Source: a virus. Taken from it: DNA of 64,000 bases. The position numbers were made by a program, and so were the translations under genes. Under the pieces are notes generated by a model. The model did not search any database. It was not told the origin of the DNA and saw only the letters and a program-made list of their open reading frames with translations. The stretch lies in IMG/VR virus record IMGVR_UViG_3300008448_012223; one strand, 5' to 3'. The stretch's first letter is position 1, and the number at the start of each line of letters is the position of its first letter. Below are positions 27,232 to 38,500 of the stretch, in pieces.

Positions 27232-28129
27232 AGATGAAGTAGTACCCAATTTACAGATGAGGAGTCCTATCTCCTTCGACCTATGTACTAATATAGAGGG
27301 TGCTGATTACAGCCTCTGTCACTACCTACAACGAGAGCGTATACTGGGGAGCCAGCGTGAGATAGAGGCAGTGCAGGAGCGATGCAACAGGGATATATTC
27401 GAGGGCTACTTACAGTGGGCCTTACAACGAGCACTGAGCATGGGTCTAGAGATAGGCCCCCTGGAGGAGGGGCCCCTGGTTATAGCTACAGGACAACGAG
27501 AGCAGCGCGTGCCTGATTGGACAATGGGTTACGATACTCATGCGCTCAGTCACTACCTGAAGCACCCGGCACGCAATAAGCGCCTCCTAGTACTAGGAGG
27601 CGGTCAGGGTGCGGCAGAGGCAGTAGCATACCTAGCGCAAAACAATGAGGTTACCTGGAGTCACGGGGGGTACCGTATAGATAATTACCCCGCCCCATCC
27701 TACGCGCACTGGTATAATAAAACAGCGCTGGGCGGATACTATAGAACCCTCCCATTAAATAAACGTGCTGAGTACCTATCTCGTGTTAAGAGATGGGGGC
27801 CCAGCATCACACCCTATATAGCCAATGAGCTAGCCCAATATAATTACAAGGAGATGCCCCGCATAACTAATAGTAAAGAGATACCAGGTGTGGATTCTAT
27901 TGTATTAGCGACCGGCTTCTACCCATCGTGGCCAATGAATTATCCTGCTGATCCAATATTAGTTAGATTTCCACTAGTTAAGCCCGGCTTTCGTCTAATA
28001 AAGAATGTATATATAACGGGAATAGGGGCTACAGCATACGACGGGCCTCGGCAGAACTCATTGATTAGTGCTGGTATAACCAGTCGCGAGATAGTCAATG
28101 CCATAATAGAAGACGACATAGTGAGATAA
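27116..28129 (+). CDS. FAD/NAD(P)H-dependent oxidoreductase, lysine/ornithine N-monooxygenase-like
   Basis: Two Rossmann motifs (IMGLGPRGLS, VLGGGQGAAE), LQMRSP, VLATGF and ITGIGA…GP..N. Confidence 0.75.
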   Translation: MIVNIMGLGPRGLSVALEALSRGLTVRAWDPRPLSSWGKDEVVPNLQMRSPISFDLCTNIEGADYSLCHYLQRERILGSQREIEAVQERCNRDIFEGYLQWALQRALSMGLEIGPLEEGPLVIATGQREQRVPDWTMGYDTHALSHYLKHPARNKRLLVLGGGQGAAEAVAYLAQNNEVTWSHGGYRIDNYPAPSYAHWYNKTALGGYYRTLPLNKRAEYLSRVKRWGPSITPYIANELAQYNYKEMPRITNSKEIPGVDSIVLATGFYPSWPMNYPADPILVRFPLVKPGFRLIKNVYITGIGATAYDGPRQNSLISAGITSREIVNAIIEDDIVR

Positions 28130-28686
28130 TGAGCACTACCATCATAAGTAAGACTACATCAGAAGGGCGGGTATATCGTCTGATACAGATGAGAGACACA
28201 CTGCCCTTACGTGTGGGAATAGGCCGCTATACGACATGGGCCCCCGATAACCCACTAGATATAGATGAGCCGCCGGATAGACCTATACCGCAGGACTCTG
28301 CATTCCTGAGCACACAGGTTATACTGCGCCCTCACCGAGTATCACTGGCCTATAGAGTAGAGAGCGGCGGTGATATTATACAGGGGGACCAGCGCTGGAA
28401 CATAATACCTAACGATAGAGCTGACCTTACATCACTCCTAGGCTTATTACCCCAGGCGCTATACGTAGAGGCAATAGTATCCGGTGAGCAGGTACCCGGG
28501 GCCTTTCGCTCTGCATCACTGCTAACTGATGTAGTATTACAAACAGGCGCGAATACTAATGCTGACTTCTGGCTACCCGGCGAATGGGTCGACACGGGCC
28601 CTGCGCAGATGGCACTCCTATTCACTCCCGTGATTCACGCGGCCCCTACTGACCGCACACGCGTTAAATTCATATTACCTATTTAA
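28129..28686 (+). CDS. Putative baseplate wedge subunit
   Basis: LRVGIGRYTTW…P…LYVEAIV…P.HAAPTDRTRVKFILPI; this type of gene commonly precedes DUF4815-like genes. Confidence 0.45.
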   Translation: MSTTIISKTTSEGRVYRLIQMRDTLPLRVGIGRYTTWAPDNPLDIDEPPDRPIPQDSAFLSTQVILRPHRVSLAYRVESGGDIIQGDQRWNIIPNDRADLTSLLGLLPQALYVEAIVSGEQVPGAFRSASLLTDVVLQTGANTNADFWLPGEWVDTGPAQMALLFTPVIHAAPTDRTRVKFILPI

Positions 28687-28689
28687 TCG

Positions 28690-31600
28690 ATGTCCATATT
28701 ACAAAGAGCAGATTACCCCGAGAATTATACCCTCAATAGTAATTGGGTGAAAGTACTACCAGAGGACGGCCAACCCTTAGTGGCACAGGACCTCCTAGAG
28801 ATGCAATCAATAGTGCAGGGCCAGTTCCAGACTGGCATGGATGCGCTCTATAGAGATGGTACTATACTCTCGGGTGTAGAGTTAGTCGTCGTAGGTGATG
28901 ACGGTACGACCATGGATATCCTGATAACTGAAGGCCGTGTATATGCTGCGGGTGTAGTAGTCAAGACTGAGCCCGCGCGCTTTCAGGTATCACGAGAGGG
29001 AGAGACTACATTTTATCTCGAGGTCACTACTACCGTACTCGAGGATGAGAGTATGCGGGCCGGTAATCAATACGGGCCCCGGGGGGCATCTCGATTAGTA
29101 GTTAATAGTAGTATAGTCCTTACGGGGCGAGGGTATCCCCTCTACTCTATACGCAATGGAGTAGCTATTAATAGAGCGAGGGACCTACCTGGTGGTATCG
29201 AGGAGACACTAGCAGAGAGAGTATTTGAGAGACACGGTAACTTCTGCGTGCGCGGTCTGAACCTAGCGCTCCTGGACCGCCCCCGCACTCTAGCTGATAC
29301 TAGTCTAGTGGCGCTCAATGAAAACTACTCTACACTAGAGGCGCGGGCTACTGAGTCGCGTAGCCTATACCTAGAGAGTAAGAGTAGACTAGATGGATTA
29401 CTACTGCGACTAGATGACGCACGGGATATAAGTAGTGTCAGCCCCACACCCGCTAACCTGACTATACTCGCTGATCTTGAGACGCGTGTAGTGGAAGAGG
29501 AGGCCCTGGTAGCTACACTAGAGGCTACCTACAGAGAGAGACAGACGGCAGCACGGAGCGGGCTAGCAGAATTAGAGGAGGCCCGACGTAGATCAGAGTC
29601 CTCACTTGGTATGTCACTGGCACCTGGAGTAGCCTACGTTGTGGGGCGTAGAGTAGTTATTGATACACCAATAAACCTAGCACTACAGCGTACCACAGAT
29701 AGTCAGGTAGTAACGGCGGCTACATTTACTTATGCAGGTGTAACTGCTATAGCTAACCGCACCATATCGCTGCAGGGTACCTCTACATGGGCTAATGTAG
29801 TAACACAGGGTACCCGAGTAAGCATAAGCTTTGCCCCTATCAATAACTCGACTATAACCGTGACGGCTAATACTTCAGCAGCCACCTCAGTAGAAACCTT
29901 CATAGACTACATAATAGCTCGCATAGCTACTGGTACTGATAATAATAGTACCATTACCGGTACCAACATTACTACGGATGCGGCCCGTAATCTACTCCGA
30001 GATGCCATAGCCTTCCGCCGTAATGGACTGACACTCGTCATGGAGTCCATAGGTATAGGTACCACGTCTAACCTAGTGAACATTACCATAGGTATCACTA
30101 TCACAGGGGGGGCCCCTAGTAGTATACTACTCGTCGACGTGCCCAGCGGTCCCATTGGAGGTGCAGCCAATACTAATGAGTTCAAGTTAACTCGCCGACC
30201 CGTCAAGGAGGTAACACGACTAGTAGCTACGCTCCAGGAGAATACGGCTGCCATAGTGCGCGGGCCTACACCTGGCACTAGTGACTACCTAGGGCGCGAT
30301 ACTGTATCTAGAGTGAAACGGGTATTCCAGGGCTCCATTAATTACGCAGAGGGCCGGGACTTCCAGGTTCTCGATGGTGGTAGACTGGAGTGGGCTCCTA
30401 ATGGCGCAGGAGCTCTAGAGCCGGCACCTGGCACTACCTACTTTGTGACGTATACGTACTCCAGTCAATTAGCACTAGGAGTAGATTTCAATCTCCTGAC
30501 GGCTACTGACACTATAGTATTTACTGGTACACGGAGCCCCGCACCTAATACCACATTCCAGGTAGACTATAGCTATTTCCTCAGCCGTATAGCTATAGTG
30601 ACGCTAGATAAGGAAGGGCAGCCCGCTGTCATATATGGTGAGGTAGGAGTTAATCCTCAGCCTCCTGCCGTTAGTGATTCAGTATTACCACTAGCACGTG
30701 TACTTATAAGTAATAATAACGCCATCATTGAGCCCATCGATTGCCGCCCTGTCAATTACGATAGTATACGACAGCTATCCAGCGCCGTATCATCGCTATC
30801 AGATGATATAGATAGACTACGACTCACAACGAGAGCAGAGGGGCTGGCTTTCACTAATACAGGGGCCGTACCCAACTTTACATCTATCGATGCTCTAGTG
30901 AATAGTAGTGGTATTAATCTAACGGAGAGCACAGGTATGCTCTCGCCTCTAACTAATAGTCTGACATCCAATAGAGTATATAGTGATGTCAGAGCAACGG
31001 CTCCCTCGGCTAGACCTAATAACGCAGGGGACCCCTACATTGTAGTACCTACATATACAGATAGTATATTCCTTGAGCAAACTAAGCTGACGAAAGAGAG
31101 GAGTATACAGCAGACTACAGCCCCGCGGTTATTCTGTCGTAGAGTCATCATGGCTAATCGCGATCTAGGGCGGATTAACCCCTGCGACGAGCTGGCCGTC
31201 CGAGGAGCTGCTCTATTCAGCTCCACTAGTAATCTCCTCTATCGATTTATCAATGAGGGGAATAGAGCAGAGTTCACGCGGCTATCTCGTCGTGTACGAG
31301 AGGCCATCTCAGCAGGTGAGGCTATACCAGCTATAGGCGCTAATCTAATGGGGAGCGAGGAGATAGATAAGGCGCGGGCCCAGAACATACGATACACTAT
31401 ACGAGGAGAGGGGCTCCCCCAGGGCAGCTATCAACTACTGATAGCTGATACTATCATGACTACTGCAGTATCAATTAATAACACACCAATATCGGGCACC
31501 CTACCATTCGCGTTCCGGCCCCGCTCTAATGGCATACTCGAGGTCGAGCTATTCCTACCCGCACTACCCCCCGGTGTCCATGCCGTAGTGCTACACTCTG

Positions 31601-32769
31601 ATACACTGAGTGTAAGTAATACGCTATCTATATTCAATAATAACCTGACCCACGTGGCGCTAGGCGGGGCGGCCTCCTGGGGTTTACCATCATCCTCAGT
31701 AGATACTCAGCCCCTACCCCTGATGCCGAGGGTAGGCTTCGACCCACTGATGCAGACATTTCAGGCACCCTCTGATATGTACCTGAGCGGCCTTGATATA
31801 AAAATAGCATCGGCGCCGGCATCAGGGGCCCTAGTTATATCACTACGGGATGGCACAGCTACTACACCAGGGCAGATACTACTAGGAGAGGCCCTTGTCA
31901 GTGGAGCCGTATTACCTGATATACAGGGGCGGCTCTGGACTAAATACGTATTCCCTACTCCCATCTATCTCAAGGAGGATCAGTATTATACACTAGGCTT
32001 CCGCAGTACAGAGGGAGACTGGAGCGTATTCACTAGTGAGATAGGAGAGGCCGATATACTAGATGCGGGGCTACTAATAGGACAGCAGCTAGGCATAAAT
32101 GGTAACCTCTGGTCTAGTGATGGTACTACCATCTCTAACCACGAGAGAGAAGATATCAGTATGCGTCTCTACCGCGCTGTATTCCCGACGACTCCGATTA
32201 GTATAGACCTAGGTAGTTACTCTTCCAATATGACGGCCTTCGCCCTCAATATACGAGACATAGTACCAGCGGGCTGCACAATAGATTATCAGTACAAGGC
32301 GGGCGTGAACCCCAACTGGATATCTATAGCACCTAATACGCCTATATGTCTAGATAAAGTAGAGTCTATACTCCTCCTACGTGCAGTATCCACAGGTACG
32401 GCAGCCCTAGCTCCTATCATAGAAATAGGGACAGTATCCATCTATCGTAACCTGTCACCCACACAGCACATATCTAACTGGCAGCCTATCCTGCAGACGA
32501 GTACGAGATTTACAGTAGCCATAACAGCGCTAATGCCGCCATCGAGTACGCTACAGGTAAGAATACAGTTCAACACAGGGGGTTGGCACACCCTAAGCAA
32601 CCCGACCACAGTCACGCTAGATGCAGGACTAGGACTATCTCGCCTAACTTATGTATATGTATCTCCCGGCCCGCGTAGTGGAGAGCTGAAGTGGTCTATA
32701 GACGCATTTGGAATCTCGACAACAGACGTGCCATCTATAATGGAGGTAGTGGTATATGGAACGAACTAA
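28690..32769 (+). CDS. Large virion structural protein, DUF4815-like
   Basis: DGQPLVAQDLLEMQSI, ERVFERHGNF.V.GL, MSLAPGVAYV.G, and DPLMQTF…YLSGLDI. Confidence 0.7.
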   Translation: MSILQRADYPENYTLNSNWVKVLPEDGQPLVAQDLLEMQSIVQGQFQTGMDALYRDGTILSGVELVVVGDDGTTMDILITEGRVYAAGVVVKTEPARFQVSREGETTFYLEVTTTVLEDESMRAGNQYGPRGASRLVVNSSIVLTGRGYPLYSIRNGVAINRARDLPGGIEETLAERVFERHGNFCVRGLNLALLDRPRTLADTSLVALNENYSTLEARATESRSLYLESKSRLDGLLLRLDDARDISSVSPTPANLTILADLETRVVEEEALVATLEATYRERQTAARSGLAELEEARRRSESSLGMSLAPGVAYVVGRRVVIDTPINLALQRTTDSQVVTAATFTYAGVTAIANRTISLQGTSTWANVVTQGTRVSISFAPINNSTITVTANTSAATSVETFIDYIIARIATGTDNNSTITGTNITTDAARNLLRDAIAFRRNGLTLVMESIGIGTTSNLVNITIGITITGGAPSSILLVDVPSGPIGGAANTNEFKLTRRPVKEVTRLVATLQENTAAIVRGPTPGTSDYLGRDTVSRVKRVFQGSINYAEGRDFQVLDGGRLEWAPNGAGALEPAPGTTYFVTYTYSSQLALGVDFNLLTATDTIVFTGTRSPAPNTTFQVDYSYFLSRIAIVTLDKEGQPAVIYGEVGVNPQPPAVSDSVLPLARVLISNNNAIIEPIDCRPVNYDSIRQLSSAVSSLSDDIDRLRLTTRAEGLAFTNTGAVPNFTSIDALVNSSGINLTESTGMLSPLTNSLTSNRVYSDVRATAPSARPNNAGDPYIVVPTYTDSIFLEQTKLTKERSIQQTTAPRLFCRRVIMANRDLGRINPCDELAVRGAALFSSTSNLLYRFINEGNRAEFTRLSRRVREAISAGEAIPAIGANLMGSEEIDKARAQNIRYTIRGEGLPQGSYQLLIADTIMTTAVSINNTPISGTLPFAFRPRSNGILEVELFLPALPPGVHAVVLHSDTLSVSNTLSIFNNNLTHVALGGAASWGLPSSSVDTQPLPLMPRVGFDPLMQTFQAPSDMYLSGLDIKIASAPASGALVISLRDGTATTPGQILLGEALVSGAVLPDIQGRLWTKYVFPTPIYLKEDQYYTLGFRSTEGDWSVFTSEIGEADILDAGLLIGQQLGINGNLWSSDGTTISNHEREDISMRLYRAVFPTTPISIDLGSYSSNMTAFALNIRDIVPAGCTIDYQYKAGVNPNWISIAPNTPICLDKVESILLLRAVSTGTAALAPIIEIGTVSIYRNLSPTQHISNWQPILQTSTRFTVAITALMPPSSTLQVRIQFNTGGWHTLSNPTTVTLDAGLGLSRLTYVYVSPGPRSGELKWSIDAFGISTTDVPSIMEVVVYGTN

Positions 32770-35278
32770 GCTACTATTCACGGATGGCCGGCCCCTACAG
32801 GCGCGAGAGCTCATAGAGATGCAGGATCTCTTACACTTGCATGTAGAGGAGATGAGCCGCAGTCTATACGATGTCTATTACCTAGCAGAGGTAGATATAA
32901 TATGGGCGTCCCCCAGTCTAACAATACAAGGTGGTCTGATATATATAGAGGAGGAGGGATGGTATCGTATCAACCCAGCCCAGCTAACTATAACCGGTAA
33001 CGCCAACGTTACACTCCGCATATACCGGATAGATTATGATGGGCGCAGTATCCTATTTCCTGAACCAGTAGTAGGGCAGGACGGTTACCCATTCCTGCAG
33101 ATATCGGGGGGCCAGATACTCATATACGATGGTAAGCGATTCAGTCGGGCCCCGCGCAGTAAAGTAGCGTCACTAGAAGAGACCATAGAATTAGTGGACA
33201 AGGAGGTATACGGCAACTACATCCAGCGAGGCCTAGAGGTACTGGGCCTGCGCTTCGATAGTGCACTAGAGATAGACCTAACACAGAATCAACCTATTCA
33301 ACGTCTGGCCGTCCAGCCGGGCCGGGCCTTCATAGATGGTAAGATAGTGGATCTATACGAGCCTGTCTATCTGCCCATGATGGTTAGTGGTGAGATCGTC
33401 ATAGATAAGAAAGGTGAGGTGAGAATAGGTACGGGGCCCCTCACGCTAGCGCGTATACGTAATAGTGAACTAATAGCCAGCGATAATAGATGGGTAGAGC
33501 CCGGCCTACTGCGAGATCTACAGGTTAAGTTGAACACACTACGAGAGGAGGCTATAGATATCGTTCTAGAACGACTTAACTTCTACTCGGGGGCCCCGCG
33601 TATTCTAGAGAGCGGCTTTGTAGAATCCTTCCAGAATACACTGGGGACTGACATCACAGCTCCTGGCTTCGATTGTGCTATGACGGGGTACATGACACTA
33701 CCTAGCTCGTATAACACGATCAGACCCGATAATCTAACTATAAGCAGTAGTAGTAATGTAACCATAACGGAGTCTGGAGGGAGCCTGCAGACGGCGTATC
33801 TACGACCTGCCCCTGGTACTATAATTGATCAACGACGCGCTACAGGCAGTCTGGCATTAGCAGCCCAGACACGAGACGTGCGTATGACGCTCAACCCACC
33901 AGTAGTAGCACCCGATGCAAGGCGCATCGAGTACCAGATAGGCCGTCTCACTATAGCCACCGAGGCAGTGCAAGTCACAATCACTCTACAGGGTCTGTTA
34001 TCTCTAGAGAGTGGTATAGTATTACAAATAGACGGACGGGCTCCCCAGGCTACAGTAACCCGTGGCTCTATAGAAGACGGACGCTATAGGGCTGATGTCA
34101 GCGGCACACTAGTAGCAAATATAGCAGTCCCTTCTAGTAGCGCAGCACTATCTATAACAGCAACAGGAAGTGGATGGACAATAGGGCAGTGTCTGGAGTT
34201 CGGTTCCACTGGAGCCCCCGCACCAGCTGTAGTACAGGTCAGGGAGGGTATGGCACAGCTATTTACTCTATCAACAGCCAATACTATAACGGGTATACGC
34301 GTATATCCTGCGGGGGCCATAAGCGCTTGGGTGAGTCTAGTAGCAGCACCCAATAATATACCAGAGGAGAGGGAGCTAGGACGGGTCCGCCTACAGGTAA
34401 CGAGCGGTAGCCCTGATACACCAGTAGAGTTGACCTTCGACCCGCCCATTAATCTAGTGGCAGGTAGTTACTGTGTGGTCATTAGTGCCACTAGCCCGGG
34501 CTCTATGCACATCAATACAAACGCACAGCTTGCTATATCACGAAACCAAGAAGGGCCCGACATACCCGGCTACCTCCTGACACGCAGTGGTAGTAACTGG
34601 CAGTCACAGACCAATAGTGATCTAACATACCAGCTAATAGGAGGGAGTCTAGGTTCGACAGGCTATATAGACTTCACCTATAGCCCAGCGCCTGAGGCGG
34701 ACACTCAGGTAGACCTAACACAGCTCAATAGCCTCTGGAGTTATAACCTAGGTCAGGGGGGCTCATTCTCTACCTTCTATAGGGAAGGGCAGGAGCTAGT
34801 GCCCTTACCCGAGCGAGCTACGGAGCTGCCAGATAATCTAGAGATGAGGCTAGTGCTCTTCACTACAGGTACGACACCCATAGTCTACCTCAACAGGAGT
34901 ATACTGATTATAGGGCGGGCCCGTTCTAAAGCTACCTGGATCAGCATAGATTATCCTACGCGTGACTACACTAACGTCAAGGTTATATACCGCGCCTTCC
35001 TACCGCAGGGTAGTAGTGTAGTAGCCAGTGTCAGCTCCAATGGGGGCCAGACGTGGACTGAAATGCCTACTCCTACCACTACGCTGGTAGATGGTAATAT
35101 ACCCCTCATTGAGAATGAGACTACATTGTCCGACCTCACTCCCACTGTATTAGTGCGTCAGGGTGATAATGATGTACCATTGGCCAGAAATCGCATACGC
35201 ATTAGATTACAAATAATCGTAAGCGGCACTATAACTAGATTACCCTATGTCTCGAGCCTGCAGTGTCTGACATATTAG
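32756..35278 (+). CDS. Second DUF4815-like structural protein (paralog of 28690-32769)
   Basis: FTDGRPLQARELIEMQD, KEVYGNYI.RGL, LAVQPGRAFIDG, and MAQLFTL. Confidence 0.65.
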   Translation: MERTKLLFTDGRPLQARELIEMQDLLHLHVEEMSRSLYDVYYLAEVDIIWASPSLTIQGGLIYIEEEGWYRINPAQLTITGNANVTLRIYRIDYDGRSILFPEPVVGQDGYPFLQISGGQILIYDGKRFSRAPRSKVASLEETIELVDKEVYGNYIQRGLEVLGLRFDSALEIDLTQNQPIQRLAVQPGRAFIDGKIVDLYEPVYLPMMVSGEIVIDKKGEVRIGTGPLTLARIRNSELIASDNRWVEPGLLRDLQVKLNTLREEAIDIVLERLNFYSGAPRILESGFVESFQNTLGTDITAPGFDCAMTGYMTLPSSYNTIRPDNLTISSSSNVTITESGGSLQTAYLRPAPGTIIDQRRATGSLALAAQTRDVRMTLNPPVVAPDARRIEYQIGRLTIATEAVQVTITLQGLLSLESGIVLQIDGRAPQATVTRGSIEDGRYRADVSGTLVANIAVPSSSAALSITATGSGWTIGQCLEFGSTGAPAPAVVQVREGMAQLFTLSTANTITGIRVYPAGAISAWVSLVAAPNNIPEERELGRVRLQVTSGSPDTPVELTFDPPINLVAGSYCVVISATSPGSMHINTNAQLAISRNQEGPDIPGYLLTRSGSNWQSQTNSDLTYQLIGGSLGSTGYIDFTYSPAPEADTQVDLTQLNSLWSYNLGQGGSFSTFYREGQELVPLPERATELPDNLEMRLVLFTTGTTPIVYLNRSILIIGRARSKATWISIDYPTRDYTNVKVIYRAFLPQGSSVVASVSSNGGQTWTEMPTPTTTLVDGNIPLIENETTLSDLTPTVLVRQGDNDVPLARNRIRIRLQIIVSGTITRLPYVSSLQCLTY

Positions 35279-35598
35279 AGAGTATAGTAACGCGTATACC
35301 AGTTAATCACGCTGTGCCCCTCATCATAGGGGCACTATACCGTCGTACTGTATCACAGCTGGCAGCGCGGGGCTACGATAATAGACTGGCCCTATTATTA
35401 CAAGGCCTCCCTATAGCTGACTTCACAGATGAGGAGCTCGATTACCTAACAACGCTACCACTAGGCCTCCTAACGGCAGGTATGACTAGTACGTATAGAG
35501 AGCTGTATTACCGCGGGCAGTATATTCATATACCCTCTTATCTATCTGACCACACCATAGCCCAATTCCTAGTAATAGTGGAGAGCCTACGTGAATAA
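35263..35598 (+). CDS. Hypothetical protein
   Basis: 111-aa ORF overlapping both neighbours. Confidence 0.55.
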   Translation: MSDILESIVTRIPVNHAVPLIIGALYRRTVSQLAARGYDNRLALLLQGLPIADFTDEELDYLTTLPLGLLTAGMTSTYRELYYRGQYIHIPSYLSDHTIAQFLVIVESLRE

Positions 35599-38500
35599 TC
35601 CCTTATCTTTAAATGGCACTATACCATCGGGTCATTCCGTTAGAAAAGCGTACTTTGAATTATTAGGTGAAGATGATACAGATGCGACTGCAATCCTATC
35701 GGTTAATACTGTTATTGTTGAATTAGGTGCTATTATACCTACTAGCTATAGCCCTTCTTATATAAATCTTCTATCTCAATTATTATCAACAGCAGATGGT
35801 AGCTTAAAAGCCCACGTAGTAGAGAAAGTAAGAGCAATAATTGGGAGAGTTGGTAATAATCCTAATATTCCACAGATGCAGGCGATTATTGGCGATACTC
35901 CCTCACGATTAGCGCCCGCCCCACCTGGCACAACAGTTAGCCCTAAGTTGGGGTTAACTGATGTAGTACCAGAGGAGGGGTTACGCCTTACCTCCTATTT
36001 TAATTTTGACCCCTCCGATAGCGATATAAATCTTCTTGTAGGACTACTAGTTGATGATCGATTAGATGATGAAGCCAGAGGACAGGCTATAAAGTACCTT
36101 AAAGATACAGTCTCTACATTGCCTATTAGTATGGACCTCACCGAGGTAGGAAAAGAGAAGGCTAGGGCGTATATAGCAAAACTTGACACTCCGAGTAGTA
36201 CAGTTATACCTACAGGTAGTAAAGTAGATATTTCTAAGGGGGATGCCAACAAATCAACAACTAAGCAGGAGCCGACTATAACGTATCCACCTGCGGCAGA
36301 CTGGGGTATGAGGGTTACACAAGTAGACACTAATAAGAGTTATTTCTTCAGTCTATTGCCGGCTATGGACTCAGTCATACCTATGACAGCGAGTAAGGAT
36401 GTACCCAACGCACTGCCGGGATTATACATACGAGTTAAGGCTAATATAGCTAAGTTGCGGGTACCAGGCAGCACACCTATCTACCAACACATGGGGATAG
36501 ATAGTGTGATGGTAACTGTAGTAGGGATGTTCACTGGAATGGATGGTGATAAACCGAGCCCGGCTACCTATCTATCTCATGCTACTGGTAAGGATAAGGT
36601 CGGGACTCTTATGGCTAAGCTAGATACTTATGGCGCTATGCAGAGTTTTTACGAGCACGCATACCTGAGTGGGGCTGATCTAGACGTAGAGATCAACATG
36701 GCACGCTACCAGGCCTTCGACGTAGAGGAGGGGGTGATACGTTCAGCTAAGACAGGTAATCCCCGCTTCCGCGGGCACTTGTCACTACTCGAGGTAGCAC
36801 ATGCACGTAGCGATAGAACATACTATACGCTACAATTCGAGACGCGCTCTCTAACGGAGGATAAGTGTGAGATAACTAAGATAGATCACATACCTGATAG
36901 TCTCAAGGAGAGACTAAGCCAGGTCGCAGTAGAAGAGCAGACCGTCGCAGTTGAGAGCATCAGGACTATAACTGACGACATTAATATGGCTAAGGAGGGA
37001 ACCAATGGCAAAAAGATATCTGAGTGGGAGAGTGGGGATCCTGACCCCAGCGGCCGGGCCCTTCGCGTAAATGAAGTATGTGATAACGACGGTAAGTGTA
37101 GATACTACGTCTTCACTCCAGGAGGGCAGCTATATGAAGAAACTGATAAAGAGGAAATAGATAAACTCAAGAATGAGAGAATAGGGGGCTGGAATACTAA
37201 TAGACTTATACGCACTGGAGCAAGTATTGCAGCTACAGTGACAACCTGTGCTGTAGCTGCAGGCTCCATACCTGCAGCTGTTACCATTGTAGGAGGAGTA
37301 GTAACAGCAGCGGCGGCCGCAGGTTGCGGTGCTGTTGCAGGTGATCTCATTAATACAGTTGCTAATGGAGATAACAGACAATACACGCCTGTCGAGGCGG
37401 CCATAGACGCAGTAACTATACTGGCTCCTACTAAGATAGGAGCCGCAACGCTAGGCAAAGTAGTTGGTGTTGGGGCTAAGGTTGCATCTGCCCCAGTAAA
37501 ACTCGCGGGTAAGGTTGTATCAAAGACTGGTATATTAAGTACTGGGCCAGCAGCTAAGATAACTAGTAGCCTGGCTCAGTCCACTCAAGGTGTTCGTAGG
37601 GCTATTCTCTCTACTGCTAATAAGGCTAAGAATAGCGCAGTAAACTTTGCACTGAGCCCCACTCCCGATATACTACAACCTCCCTCGAATTATCTCAGTA
37701 GTAGTAACGTCGCGGCTAGGTTCACTAGGTTTATAACTCCTGGCCTAGGCTCAGCCAGTAATACAACTAATGCAGTCGACGACGCAGGCCGGTCGACTGG
37801 CCGCGTTTCTACTGCTACTTCTCAGACTAATAATATTGTTGATGATACAGTTACTAACGCTACACGGTCAACTTTAACAAGAAGGGATATTCCTAATATA
37901 GATAAGGTAAGTCAAGAAAGCGGCAACATAGCCATCCAAATGCGTAATGAGAATATATCTATAGATGATGCGTCTAGATGGATAGTTGATAATTATCCAA
38001 ATGCTAATTCTGGAGAAGTACTCCGTGCTAGACAAATTATACGTAATAATGTTGATTTTCCAGTAGAAGATGATCCTGCTTCGTTGGCCACTGCCCTATA
38101 CAAAGAAGGTTATAACCCACAAGATATGAGCCCAGCTGAATTAATTAATTATATTAAGAATGCTAGGCCCGGCATATATGACGAGGCTAGGCCCGGCATA
38201 TCTGACGAGGTTGTGACTAGTTTAAAGAATCAGGTACTCAGTGAATATAATGAGAAGTATCCCAGAGCTATAACTGATGAGGGCGTATACAATGACATTA
38301 TAGAGATTGCCGATACTCTACGCCCAGACGCCACTCAGGCCCAGAAGCTAGAGGCTCTTGAGAATATCCCTGATAAAGAGGGGGGCCTCCAAGTACTTAA
38401 CGAGGTACTAAATAGACGATTAACTAGTAATATAAGAGTTACTTCAGTAAGACCTCCAGAAGAGGCGCTTCCTCCTCCACTTAATCCTGACGGTACCCCT

